Shown piece by piece: positions 40,708 to 53,792 of a stretch of DNA of 64,000 bases. The translations under genes and the position numbers were made by a program. Location of the stretch: assembly GCA_951406725.2 (NCBI GenBank), contig OX597825.1:55676001-55740000 (forward strand). Reading direction: 5' to 3'. The notes beneath the pieces are model-generated. The model was not told where the DNA came from. It searched no databases and saw only the letters and a program-made list of their open reading frames with translations. The stretch comes from Octopus vulgaris (lineage: Eukaryota). How positions within the stretch are numbered: position 1 is the first letter of the stretch; every line of letters begins with the position of its first letter.

Positions 40708-41097
40708 CGATGTACAGGCTCAACGTATTAATAACACCAACAACAACCACGACGACGACGATGACGATGATTATGATGAAGATTTCTTTTATTCGTTTCA
40801 GAAGCATGAACTGAGAGAAGCATTAGAAAGACAGTTTACAATTCATTTTTTTTTTTGGGGGGGGTTACATTAAAAAAAAATGAGATGAAGGAAAAGAAAA
40901 CAAGAAAAAGTGAGACAAAACTTAAGCATAAAATAGAAACTATGAGAACGCTTGACAGATGCAGTTCTTCTGATACACGAGCACCTGTTCTCCAAGGGCA
41001 GAGGTCCTCGCTTTGCTCTAAGCACACGCATGCAGACATAAGAGCAAATCCATTCACCCTAGCATTATTTGCCTTCGTCACACACCTTTAGACTAAT

Positions 41098-41112
41098 AAC
41101 GCTGTGTAACAA

Positions 41113-41192
<80 letters not shown>

Positions 41193-41620
41193 GTCTTTGT
41201 TATTTCCTATTTGCTTCTATTTAGAAATCAAAGGAAATAACTAATATTGCCTTCAAACTTTGATTTTGTGACCTGGACATTAATGTTTTGAAACTTACGT
41301 ATCTTCCATTGCTTTTCAGACAGATTCAGCGCTGAGTTGCTAAAGCAGAATTTTCTAGAAGTTTCAAGAACTTTCTAGAAGTTTCTAAAATTTTCAAGAA
41401 TTTCTAGAACGTTCTGGCAATATATATTAGCAATACGAATACAGGGACCATAAGCTCAAACATTTCAGTTTAATTCTAGCTGTCCAAGTGGAGACAATTT
41501 CGGGGAAAGCAAAGTTTGATGGGAATAGCTATCTTTTAAATTTTTTCTAAGGGTAGGCAAATAGAAAATAACAGCAGCTCGAACGCATTGAGAAGGACAA
41601 AAATTGTGTTACACAGTGTA
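41098..41620. mobile_element. Non-autonomous TIR DNA element (Tc1/mariner-like MITE)
   Basis: Left ACGCTGTGTAACAATTTTT vs right AAAAATTGTGTTACACAGTGTA. Inner arms TGTTATTTCCTATTTGCTTCTATTTAGAAA / TTTCTAAGGGTAGGCAAATAGAAAATAACA also pair. Confidence 0.65.
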
Positions 41621-41624
41621 ATTG

Positions 41625-41800
41625 TTCTACTTTATGGTCAAGGACAGCAATTTTAAGGGAAAGGGCTTTGCCGATACCATCAACTTCAGTAAGTACTTGA
41701 TTGGTACTTTATTTTATCGACCTCAAAAGGAGGAACAGCAAAGATGAACTAGGTAGGTTTTGAACTCAGAGTAGGTTTTGAACAGAGCCAAAATTCAAAT
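41625..41800 (-). mobile_element. Family-A SINE, old copy
   Basis: TGGTACTTTATTTTATCGACCTCAAAAGGA..TTTGAACTCAGA. Confidence 0.7.
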
Positions 41801-42109
41801 ATCGCAAAGTATATTTAGCAGTTCTCTCAAGCCACAAAGAAAATAAACGTCTAATGTATCACTCAGGTACGAATTTATTTTGTTTTCCTCATAGGCAGGG
41901 AAGAGTTGTGAGTGATTAATTAATTCGATCTCGGTATATTACTGACGCTTTGTCCTACCACCTCAGAAACGAACAATCTCACCAGGTAGGATTTATACCA
42001 AGAGCTTAGATAGGTAAATCAAGGCACTAGTTAAATTTACTAAATCAATATCAAATGTTATCTGTCGGTTATTGGGTGTAAAAGAATATTCAATGAAGGG
42101 CTATGATAT

Positions 42110-43280
42110 ATGATATCGCAGTTTCTAGCTATAGCAAGAATGATATCATACCAATAGAGATTACTATCTATAGCAAGAATGATATAAAGTACTATATATC
42201 AACATTCATAGCAAGTACGATATCACAGAAATATATATGAATACCCATAGCAAGAATATCATTGCAATATATATTGGAATTTATATCACTGCAGTAGATG
42301 TTACTATCCCTTGGTATGAATGATATAACAACAATAATCATAGAGAGGCCGATGGGAAGATGTATACGATAGTGTTTATAGTAAAACTGATAACAAATGA
42401 TAGTATACGTCATTATGCATAAGTAAAAGGAAACTATATACCAAGCGATATGCATGTTTGTATATATATATAATTATATATATATATACACTCATACACA
42501 ATATATACACATGTATATAAATTTTTATATATATATATGAGTTTATATACACTATTGTCCACATCAAATCTGATATCAAACATATATATGTATATATATA
42601 TCTATCTATATATGTATATATATATATATATATGCATATATGTATGTAAGTATATATGTGTATATATACATACATACATACACACATGCATACATATGAG
42701 TATATACATGCACACACACATATTATATATACATACATGCGCACGCCTTATCTATAGCAATACTGATATCAAACATAATGTGTGTGTGTGTAAGCGCGCG
42801 CATTATCATCCATAACAAAGCTGATATCAAACAATGAATGTAACACATATCAAATAGCAATGCAGCAAACATTGGTGTTCATAGCAAAAATGCTATCAGT
42901 CCATGAGACATCAGTCTTCCTTAGCAAAGCGATATCAGTAATATCTGTAGTGCTTCCATTAAAGAAACGATATCAACGCAATCAGAACTGGTGCCAAGAG
43001 CCAAAATATATTATCAGAGCCATCTACATTGATATGCAAACAACAAAGAGATATCAATGCAGCGTTCCTCGTCATACACAAGCAGAGCAGAATCTATTTC
43101 TTTGCATTCTGCACTGTTATTCATGGAACTAAGCACAAACCAAAAAAATGATATCAGTTGAATCTGAATTGGTAGAAGAACATGGCGAATATGTGTGCCA
43201 CAATATTTTCACAGACTTCTATAGTGATATACGCTATCTTTAGAATCTGCTCTGGTGTCTAAAGTAAAAATGATATCTGT
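42110..43280. repeat. Degenerate 37-40 bp minisatellite with conserved core C(T/C)ATAGCAA...TGATATCA, split by a (TA)n block
   Basis: Cores at 42129, 42168, 42206, 42245, 42752, 42810, 42879, 42919, 42956, 43038, 43135 and 43258. Confidence 0.75.
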
Positions 43281-43459
43281 GGCAATGTGTGTTAATATTG
43301 ACAGCAATTAATTAGTAACGCAAAAAAAGGATGATAATAAAAATAAAAATAAATAAATAAAATCTACATTTTGATTGGGCAGAAAAACACTCAACATGAT
43401 CATTAGTAACTCTAGTTGATGTTGATATCGTTATGTTGATGTTTTTGTTGTTGTTGTTG

Positions 43460-43515
<56 letters not shown>

Positions 43516-43522
43516 GTTGTTG

Positions 43523-43575
<53 letters not shown>

Positions 43576-43599
43576 GTTATCATTGTTATTATTATTATT

Positions 43600-43802
43600 T
43601 TCTTTTATTCTTTTTCTTTTACATGCTTCAGTCATTTGACTGCGGCCATGCTGGAGCACCACCTTTAGTCGAGCAAATCGACTCCAGGACTTATTCTTTG
43701 TAAGTCTAGTACTTATTTTATCGGTCTCTTTTGCCGAACCGCTAAGTTACGGGGATTTAAACACACCAGCATCTGCTGTCAAGTGATGTTGGGGAGAACA
43801 AA

Positions 43803-43872
<70 letters not shown>

Positions 43873-43997
43873 CGACGGGGTTCTTTCAGTTTTCGTCTAC
43901 CAAATCCACTCATAAAGGCTTTGGTCAGCCTGAGGCTATAGTAGAAGACACTTGCCCAAGGTGGTGCCACGCAGTGGGACTGAACCCAGAACCATGT
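43600..43997 (-). mobile_element. Family-B SINE, head truncated
   Basis: TCAGTCATTTGACTGCGGCCATGCTGGAGCACC..(CA)n(TA)n..GTCTACCAAATCCACTCA..CACTTGCCCAAGG. Confidence 0.9.
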
Positions 43998-44054
43998 GCC
44001 TATTATTATCATTATTATTAGGAACACGGAACTTCTGTGCCTATTATTATTATT

Positions 44055-44136
<82 letters not shown>

Positions 44137-44148
44137 CTGTTGATGTTG

Positions 44149-44204
<56 letters not shown>

Positions 44205-44337
44205 ATATTAACTTATTAAATGTTTCATATCGTAAAATAGAGTTATTATTATACTAAATATTGCAAGATCACACACACACACACACACACATACACACAC
44301 ACACACAAATAGATAGATAGATGGATAGATAGATAGT

Positions 44338-44426
<89 letters not shown>

Positions 44427-45178
44427 GACATCGCAGCTGTAAACTCACACACAGCAAACGTTCCAAGCAACATGATATAATTTATTAATTGAAAAGGACA
44501 TTCTTAAAACCGATTAGCAGGATGGTGTTTCGGCTTCAGAACTTCCTGTTTAAATATATGTGATACGAAGAAATAAGTTTCATTAAGTAATTATTATAAT
44601 ACCGTAACAAACCCTATTTTTCTGTAATCTCACTTAAAATCTGGCTTTGCTTTGGTATTTCAGTTCACGGAGTTCTAAGAACAAATTAAATACAATTGCA
44701 ATAATTGTTGCCCCAAAACTCTGCAGAATCATTTGCACTAAGTGAGGGAGAGGAAACAGGAAAGATTCGGAGAGAATGTCATGACATTGGATTCAGTCAG
44801 CTTGTCGCCAAGTTGACATTTGCCAACCAGAAATCTTGACTAGTTTAGACGAACTCCAAGTAGTGACGAGAAAATGTGTGTTCTTGGATGACGAACCATC
44901 TTGATTTAGGTTGCAGGAGGGAAATTAGATCCCATTCAGAACATCACTCACCCATATACAGATATACATTCGTTCACATGTACATCCGTATATGTGTGTA
45001 TTATATGACATGGTGTTCGTACTAATATATTCCTTCCACTATTGATAGAATATTTCTAACCACTAGTTTTGAACATTCTCTATGTAATCGTTAACTAAGT
45101 TGTAGTCTATTAATATATTCACCTGTCTGTCTGTCTGAATGCATGCTTGTATGTCTGCCCGTCCGTCTGTCTGTCTGT

Positions 45179-45273
<95 letters not shown>

Positions 45274-45360
45274 CCTGTCTCCCAATCTAAAAATCTCTCA
45301 GTATATACATATAAACATATACATAATGTAGATGTATACTATATATTTAATATATATGTA

Positions 45361-45398
<38 letters not shown>

Positions 45399-45448
45399 TA
45401 TATATATGTACATATACATATATTCATATATGTATGTATATATATATA

Positions 45449-45484
<36 letters not shown>

Positions 45485-45568
45485 TATACATATATTCATG
45501 TATATATATATAATATCTCTTATTATAATATACATATATATATGTACATATACATATGTTCATGTATG

Positions 45569-45605
<37 letters not shown>

Positions 45606-45826
45606 GTATGCATATATACGTATATATACACATAAATATGTGTATATATAGATTAACGTGTAACATGTCTGTATGAAAAACTTAACCTGGAAGGCGCTTA
45701 CACACAATATGAAAATTTCTTTCCAAAAGGTTTGCGTCATTTTGTTTTTCTTCACGATTTTCTTTTATATGATTAATATTTTTTTTATTTTAAGAAAATT
45801 TTTTAAAATATGTCTGCGTATATATA

Positions 45827-46619
45827 CGAGATGCATTCAAAATGCGTCCGACTTTACTTTTTCCCGCCAAAACTAAAGCCGTATGGGCAAAATCCTTTGG
45901 ATGAAATGAGATGCTATCCTTCTTGTGCACGCGCGAAAATTTTTGCGCCACTAGGCCATGTCAGTTCCCGGATGTTGGGCCAAGAATACAGACGTGTAGT
46001 GTGCACTGGATGGATTTTCGTTTTCGTCGAACGCATTGAGAAGAAATATAGCTCTAAGTTTTGCCGAAAGTTTGGTGATACACAAATTCAATCTACGCAG
46101 AAAATTCAGCAGACTTTTGGCGATGATTACATTGGCAAAAGATCAAGGAGTAATACAACTGCTTCAGACATGCTTGCACATAAGTGGAGAGTGAAATGCG
46201 CTCAGGCATGCCGTCCGCAAGACGAAACGAGGATCCGATTGAGAAGGTTATGGAAGTTATGGAAGAATGTCGTGTGACAATCTAGAAAAGTGCTCACAAA
46301 AGGAGAATAAGCATAGGATCAGTGCATTCCAGTTTAACGGAGAATTTTTGCATGGGAAAAGTGTGGGCGAAATTCGTCCCAAATGTGCGGGGACATGGAA
46401 ATCACTCAGGACATGTAAACCATAGGACAGCTGCACTGAGGTAACCACGACTCAAACTTTATAAAGACCATCATCACTGGTGAAGAGACATGGCTTTATG
46501 GTTTCTCCTCAATGCACTCGACCATCTTGCATGAAAACGGAGGAAGGGAGGCATCATCTCCTAATTACGTGGTATTAATTTTGGCGGGAAAAAGTCAGAT
46601 ACTTTTAGAACGTACCTCG
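45827..46619 (+). mobile_element. Internally deleted, decayed mariner transposon
   Basis: TA flanks on both sides. TIRs CGAGATGCATTCAAAA..TTTTCCCGCCAAAA / TTTTGGCGGGAAAAA..CGTACCTCG. Transposase remnants ERIEKKYSSKFCRKFGDT..IQQTFGDD, VESEMRSGMPS and FIKTIITGEETWLYG (46458-46502, cf. ITGDETW). Confidence 0.9.
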
Positions 46620-46638
46620 TATATATGTGTAAATATGA

Positions 46639-46672
<34 letters not shown>

Positions 46673-46969
46673 TGTGTGTGTGTCTGTGTGTAAATATAAA
46701 CGCACATATATATATATATATATATGTAACGTATATTTTTGTATATACAAATATATATACACGCAGACATATATATATATATATATATGCATTGAGGCAC
46801 ACATGTGTGAGTGGTGTGTGTTTGTATAAGTCTATGTGTGTATTTGTCAATAAATTAAAGTACACGTCATGTACTGGTTGGAGGGTATAGACTAACCTCC
46901 TTACCCTAATGTTGTTGGCCTTGTGTCAAAAATTGAAACTATTATTATTAATAATATTATTATCATTAT

Positions 46970-47163
46970 TTGGCAGAATCGTTGGCACGGCTAGCAAAGT
47001 GCTTAGCGGTATTTCGCCCGTCGCGACGTTCTGAGTTCAAATCCCGCCGAGGTCGACTTTGCTTTTCAACCTTTCAGGGTCGATAAATTAAGTACCAGTG
47101 AAATACTGTGGTCGATATAATCGACTAGTCCTCACCCCACAAGTTGTGCCTCCAATAGAAAAG

Positions 47164-47220
<57 letters not shown>

Positions 47221-47470
47221 ATTGTCATTATTCAGCAGAAAAGGGTAGTGGGTTGGATTAGCAGAATCGTTAGAATGTCAGGTGAAATACTTTCGTGCTA
47301 CATATTCCGGTTCTTTAGGATCGAGGTTCAAATTCATCTGAAGTTGTATTTGTCTTTTATCCTTCATAGTCAATAAAATAAACAGACTGAATCAAGTGCG
47401 GGGGGTCGATGCATCGACTTAACTCCTCACCATGAAACAATGATGGTCACGTGGCTGAAATCAGAAACAA
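46970..47470 (+). mobile_element. Two family-A SINEs separated by (ATT)n
   Basis: TGGCAGAATCGTT..GAGTTCAAATCCCGCCGAGGTCGACTTTGC (46970-47165) and an older copy at 47250-47470. Confidence 0.85.
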
Positions 47471-48235
47471 TTATTATTAAATATGTACACCCCCAAAATG
47501 TTAGTCTTTGCGGTGTAATTAAATGTTTTTTCCCATTTTTTATTTATGTGGACCGGTGGTTAATAAAGTAATAACAAAAACAACACTATTAATAATAATA
47601 ATAATAATTTTAATAATCAACATCCTCATCAGCATCATCATCGTTGTCATCATCATCATCGTCTTCGTCATCGTTACCGTCGTTTTGGTTGTAGTCTTTG
47701 TCATCGTCATCAACAAAATCATCATCATTATTAATAAATGTATTAATAAACCCAGCTTAGTAAAACCAATTAATGCATTCTTAATTATAAACTGAGACAT
47801 ACATTTTATTCTAATGAGTTATTAATGGTCACTAATGAGTTGTCAATATGTTGCGGTGTTCTTTGATGTTGTTGTTGTTGTGAGATTATCGATAGTGGCT
47901 CGATAATTTGGTTAAGCAAAGCATGATAACAAAATAAAATAAAATAGCACAAAATAATATAAAATAAACTAACAAAATTACTGGTTAATATATAAATCGT
48001 TTATGATTTTCTCCAATGTTCATATGTAGATTTATAAATAAGCGCCTGGAGTGAATGATGATTATGCGCGCACACATATGCACACGCATATATATATATA
48101 CACACATACACGCACAAACAAGTATACATACGTACATATACACACAATTTTCCAGCCATTGTCACAGGGTACTTGTAATCAGAGCCAGCCTGGATCCAAT
48201 ATCGTGAAGTTCAATGTATGTACATTGCAATATAC

Positions 48236-48772
48236 ATAGGTTGCTCCTAAATAATATGGTTCCGGGTTCAGTCCCATTACGTGGTACCTAGGGCATGTGT
48301 CTTCCACTATAGCTGCGGGCCGACCAAAGCCTTGTGAGTGGGTTTGGTGGACCGAAACTGAAAGAAGCCCTTCGTGTATGTATGTATGTATGTATGTATG
48401 TATGTATGTATGTATGTATGTATGTATGTATGTATGTATGTATGTATGCATATATGCAAGTATGTATGCATGTATGTATGTGTATGTATGTATATATGTA
48501 CGTATGTGCGTATGCATGTGAATATGTATGTATAGGTATATCTATATGTGTGTGTTTGTGTCTGTGTTAGTTCACCACCACCGCTAAAGCGGTGTTGATT
48601 TGTTTACGTTTTGTAACTTTAGCGGTTCGAGAAAAGAGACGATAGAATAAATAGGAGGCATAAAGAGATTAAGTAGTGAGTCGATTCGTTCGACTAAACC
48701 CTCCAAGGTGTTGCCCCCGTATGGCCTCAGCCCAATGACTTAAAGAAATAAAAGATAAAAGAAAAAGATAAA
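48236..48772 (+). mobile_element. Family-B SINE with internal (TATG)n
   Basis: ATGGTTCCGGGTTCAGTCCC..GGGCCGACCAAAGCCTTGTGAGTGG..GAAACTGAAAGAAGCCC, microsatellite, then TTAGCGGTTCG..TCGACTAAA. Confidence 0.9.
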
Positions 48773-48809
48773 ATGTAACAGCGTCCTTCTCAGCGTGGTA
48801 GAAATGACA

Positions 48810-50205
48810 GACACCCATTAGTGTGATCGTTAACACCATTGTTGAGAATACGCTGGATATAAGCTCTTTCCTCGTAGAAAAGCTTCTATATTAGTGTAAA
48901 ACGAGAGAGAACTATTAGCAAGTCTCGTAACATCTCTACGAATGAGCCGAATATTTCTCCAATATCTAATGAAGTATGCTACAAGAAACTTGGGATGGAT
49001 GGAAATCTATCTTGTGATGGGACTTGTAACAGATAACATGTAAGCAGTGAATATATTAAAATCTATGTCTCTCAGAAACATTGGACTCCCATGTGCCTGC
49101 TATACCAGAATTCATACCAACATTTAGGCTAATCGATGGGATGCTAGGTGAGAACCGGACTATTGATGTTAAAACACGAGAACTATTAAGCAACACCAAA
49201 AACCTCTGTATGTAGGCCACCAACAGAGAAGTCGAAAACAGGGATGCAGAGACATGACAATTGATTCAAGCAGCATTGGTATGTTGCTTCATCAACATCC
49301 AGTAACCACCAAGACTTGAAAATTATCCATGGATCAAGACAATATGTATAATGTTGATAGAACCAAGAGAGGCACAAAGGAGATCCTCGGAAGCTTTTCT
49401 TTGACTGATGACCAAGGATATACATCCAGAACAATAGCGCTTTCCTACCGTAACAAAAAACATCGGAAAAATGCTCTTTGTTTACCAATAAAAGACCTTG
49501 CGTCGCTTTGTTGCCAAAAAGTTTCACATGACATTATGGTAAATAACCAAAAAGTCTATCTTGCACCAGAACTTGAAGAACAGGCTTTGCAACACTAGAA
49601 ATTAAAAAATACCTGATTCACAGAAAAGGATAGTGGTACAAATAAAGCACCATGACGTGACAACTGATGCAGATTGTAGAGAACAAACATCGAAGATGTT
49701 AACCACATCTATCTGAAAATGTCATCACGATTCGGTTAGTTAATGAAGTATATGGTAGTCAAAACTCTGTACAGGGGAATCTGCAGATTGGATAATCTTA
49801 GGGTATCGTCAACTATAATATAAATGAATTTTGGTAGAATATTTCTGTCAAAATGGAAGCATGACAAACCAGGCATAATGATCTGAGACAGAAAATGAAG
49901 TATGTTCAGTAGTGGAAATCAGTCGTCTTGCAGATGTTAACACAACATTAAAGATAAAAGAAAAATGTAAACAACTGTGCCAAAACTAATTAGAACTCCG
50001 CAGATACCCCAACTGGGTTATAGCTTTAGATTTAAACTGGTGATTATTGGGGTACTTCGTTACATAACTGAACTGTCTCAGTAACAATGCTTAGGAGCTG
50101 GGTTTCACAAAACCAGAACAGATACGGCTAATTAGAAGATTAGAGCCAGAAACCATTAAAGGCACCGTGAAAATATGTAAAACATTTTAGAAGTTTAGCC
50201 TGTAA
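48810..50205 (+). mobile_element. Decayed RLE-type (R4-clade-like) LINE: RT thumb, CCHC knuckle, endonuclease and C-terminus
   Basis: Motifs in order: YKKLGMD (48980), AIPEFIPTFRLID..IDVKTRELL (49099), DN*CRL*RTNIEDVNHI (49659), VVEISRLADVN..KIKEK (49909), VIIGVL, and LIRRLEPETIKGTVKICKTF*KFSL* (to 50205). Confidence 0.85.
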
Positions 50206-50259
50206 TAAGTGTATAAACACATGTGGAGACACACAAACATACGTATGTGTGTGTGCGTG

Positions 50260-50293
<34 letters not shown>

Positions 50294-50395
50294 TGTATGT
50301 ATGCATGTATGTATGTATGTATGTATGTATGTATGTATGTATGTATGTATGTATGTATGTATGTATGTATGTATGTATGTATGTATGTATGTATG

Positions 50396-50434
<39 letters not shown>

Positions 50435-51361
50435 GCCCACATACCCTCTCGCACTCACACACATACATATACACACATATACAAACGTATATACGCACGT
50501 ACATCATTACCTAATTGATACTGTCGAAATTCCAATGAAAGGGCCCCGTTTTTGAGACACTTTCGTGATTGTCAATTTTCAAAAGTAAAATAAGAACACA
50601 CAGCCATACATATACATTCATATTTACATGCACACACATACATCTTTTTACTTATATATATATATAGAGAGAGAGATAGATAGATAAATAGATAATAGAT
50701 AGAGAGACAGATAAATAGACAGATAGATAGAAAGAGAGAGAGATACATACATACATAGACAGACAGACGGACAGACAAAAGATCACGTGCACATTCTTAT
50801 ATGCTCACGTCCATACCCAAACATGTTGCATCCATCTATCTATCCATCCATCTATGCTACATACATATATCCATCTAAACATACAGCTATACATGCATGA
50901 ATACATACAAACAAATAGACATACATACATGCATACATACAAACATACATACACCCGTATATACATTCAAACATCTATCTACAAACATACATTCAAGCAC
51001 ATCAAAGTATATGAACCAACACACCAATAAACTAAAATGGAGTTAGTAGGTTAAAATTTCTAGCGAGATGCAGATGCGGTGCTTTTAGTGGTTTTCTGCT
51101 GTCTCAGAATAACAGAATAACAGAATAGGGAGTATGTGGTGCAGGGAAGCCGTAGAGTAAAAGTTTATATATTGCGTGTTTATATGTTTTGAATGGCAGC
51201 ACGGCGATAATTAACCACATAACAAAGACTTAAAAACCATTAGCGTTTACCTACCGAATTTTTTTCAACTTTCTGTGTGCAAATTTGTCTATGAGTTTGT
51301 CTATGAATTGTGTATTTATGCGTGTGGGTGCGAGTGAGAGGGCTATGTATGAGTGTACGTG

Positions 51362-51464
<103 letters not shown>

Positions 51465-52080
51465 GTGTGTGTGTGTGTGTGCGTGTGTACGCACGCGTGT
51501 GGGTGGTAGTTGTGTGCGTGCATATATATATATATACGTATGTATGAATCTGTGTACGTGTGTACGTATGGGGGTTGTAATAGATAGATAGATACATACA
51601 TACATACATATATACATACATACACACACATACATACATACATACACACGTACATGCATATGTATATAGATATATGTATACACACATATATGAATACATA
51701 TACATATACAAATGTACAGATGTATGTACATATATATATATGTCTATGTGAGTGTGTACGTGCATATATGCCTGCTATGTATGTATGTACGTATGTATGT
51801 ATGTATGTATGTATGCATGTATGTATGTATGTATGTATGTATGTATGTATGTACCCTCTCTCAGTCCGTTTTCCCAGCCCCCGACACGCTCGTTAAAAAG
51901 TTTCCGCCAACTCCGACACCACAGGTAGATTACCTTTAGTGATACTTTTATCATTAAACTCGTCATTTCAAAGTCATTTCTACTTTTACAACAACTCACA
52001 AGGCGTCTACTTTTTCCATCTCTTCTTTTTCTTCTAGTTCTTGTAGTTGCTGCTAATGATTTTGTGGTTGTTCTTGTAGC

Positions 52081-52112
<32 letters not shown>

Positions 52113-52504
52113 CCGCTTGTTTTAAAAAGTAACAACAACCAGTTTACTGCTCGCAGTGGGGAGTAAGTACTCTTAGACAGACTCTTGCTGGTTTCTCCTC
52201 ATAAACTAATCATCATAGACAGAAGAATAAGTCAAAACTCTTTTAGAAAGATAACTGACGTTCGAGAATGGTGGAGAAGAAAATGAGGGTCAGGTAAGGT
52301 GGCAGGAATTCTTTTTTTTAACCCGTTGTCTCTTTTGTCTTCATTTAGTGGTTTTGGAATTTTTAGATAAAATTTTATTCAAAAAAAATAAAAGGAGATA
52401 ACTAAGGAACAAACGATTATCTTCTGAACTTCGTTAGCTTACGACTGTTTCTACTATAATCTGTGGTGGACACATAGTTGAGTGCCTGAGTAACACTTGT
52501 AAGC

Positions 52505-52714
52505 GGCGAGCTGGCAGACTCGTTAGCACGCCGGGCGAAATGCGTAGCCGTATTTCGTCTGCTGTTACGTTCTGAGTTCAAATTCCGCCGAGGTCGACTT
52601 TGCCTTTCATCCTTTCGGGGTCGATAAGTTAAGTACCAGTTACGCCCTGGGGTCGATGTAATCGACATAATCCGTTTGCCCCCTCTGTGTTTAGCCCCTT
52701 GTGGGCAGTAGTGA
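52505..52714 (+). mobile_element. Young family-A SINE with probable 13-bp TSD
   Basis: Best-preserved copy. Flanks are AACACTTGTAAGC (52492-52504) and AATACTTATAAGC (52715-52727). Confidence 0.9.
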
Positions 52715-52876
52715 AATACTTATAAGCTTCATCGGAGCTGCAAATATGTACATTGCAACCAAGTATATTGGATTCTTATTTAATTAATCATAAATAGATG
52801 ATCATCCTCTAATTACAACCAATCAAAATCAGTGTGCAATGTACTACTACTAATGAGTCAACAGGGCTCTCTACAA

Positions 52877-53490
52877 CAGCGTTTCTTGGCCATTTTTTGT
52901 TCGTTCATGGACCTCTGATTAATATATTATTCCGGTAGACCCCCATATGCATTCGATCTTTAAAAACTAGTTATATAGATACCTCTTTCAAAATTTCTAT
53001 TTTGTTTATGACACGTTAGCTTATGTGGACTGAACTATATAAAACATTTGAGAAAGAAAACTAGCCGTTTCATGCAATAAATACATCTAAATTTTCATGC
53101 ACCCTTAAAATACTACAGGCTACATCAGGGATTCTCAACCATTTTTCTTTTTTAACTATGGGCCCCTTTGATTACTATTTTATTCTGGTGGACCACCATA
53201 GACATTCGATGTTTAAAAACTAGTTTTCTAAATATCTCTTTCAAAATTCTTATTTTATTTTTCACATGCGAACATATGCACGTTTGCAATAGTACTCACT
53301 AAAAGAACATGTTTCAGTGTATCCGAAAATGTGTCTCTAAAATAAGTGACATACCAAGTGACATCTAGTTTATTTAGTGAGATTGGTAGAGACAAAACTA
53401 GTTCTGTACTTCAGTACTATGTAAATTGTTAGAGAAAGAAATGTTACTGTTACTTGCAATAAATACATCTTTAAATTTTTTCATGGACAC
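52877..53490 (+). mobile_element. Two tandem partial copies of the hAT MITE seen at 15097
   Basis: Starts CAGCGTTTCTTGGCC (52877) and CAGGGATTCTCAACC (53126). Shared TATTTTATTCTGGTGGAC..AAAACTAGTT..GAGAAAGAAA..TGCAATA..TTTCATG. Right TIRs are not seen. Confidence 0.75.
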
Positions 53491-53609
53491 TACTGGCCCT
53501 ATTTCTCCGGACGAGTTGCTAATGTCAATGTAACACAATCATCGAATTTCTAACCCAGAAGACGTAGGTTTCAACGCTACAAGAAATAAAGTGATTGTTA
53601 TGTGTCAAT

Positions 53610-53792
53610 GAAGGAGCGTCTACGTGTTCATTCGTCCAATAAGAAATAATAGCTAGATCTCCCTCAAACTGTACCGGATAGTCTTAGATAATGGCGGCTT
53701 AGATGTAGTGTGTCTGCATCAAAAGGAAATGGTCATATCGGAAGTATCTTCGAGCATAGATCTGCTCATTGGAAACTAAGCTAAACTACTAC
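53610..53792 (+). mobile_element. Old dispersed repeat family E
   Basis: Similar to the reverse complements of 58330-58505 and 19890-20015. Confidence 0.5.

Noticed and set aside
42110-43280. CRISPR-like repeat/spacer appearance
   Set aside because: Repeats are degenerate, spacers are partly related to each other, there are no cas genes, and the context is animal repeat DNA.
49329-49598. 89-aa ORF as a host gene
   Set aside because: It lies within the decayed RLE LINE at 48810-50205.
52505-52590. SINE heads as tRNA genes (also 6018 and 61210)
   Set aside because: A/B boxes are present but there is no cloverleaf, and each continues into a multicopy SINE body.
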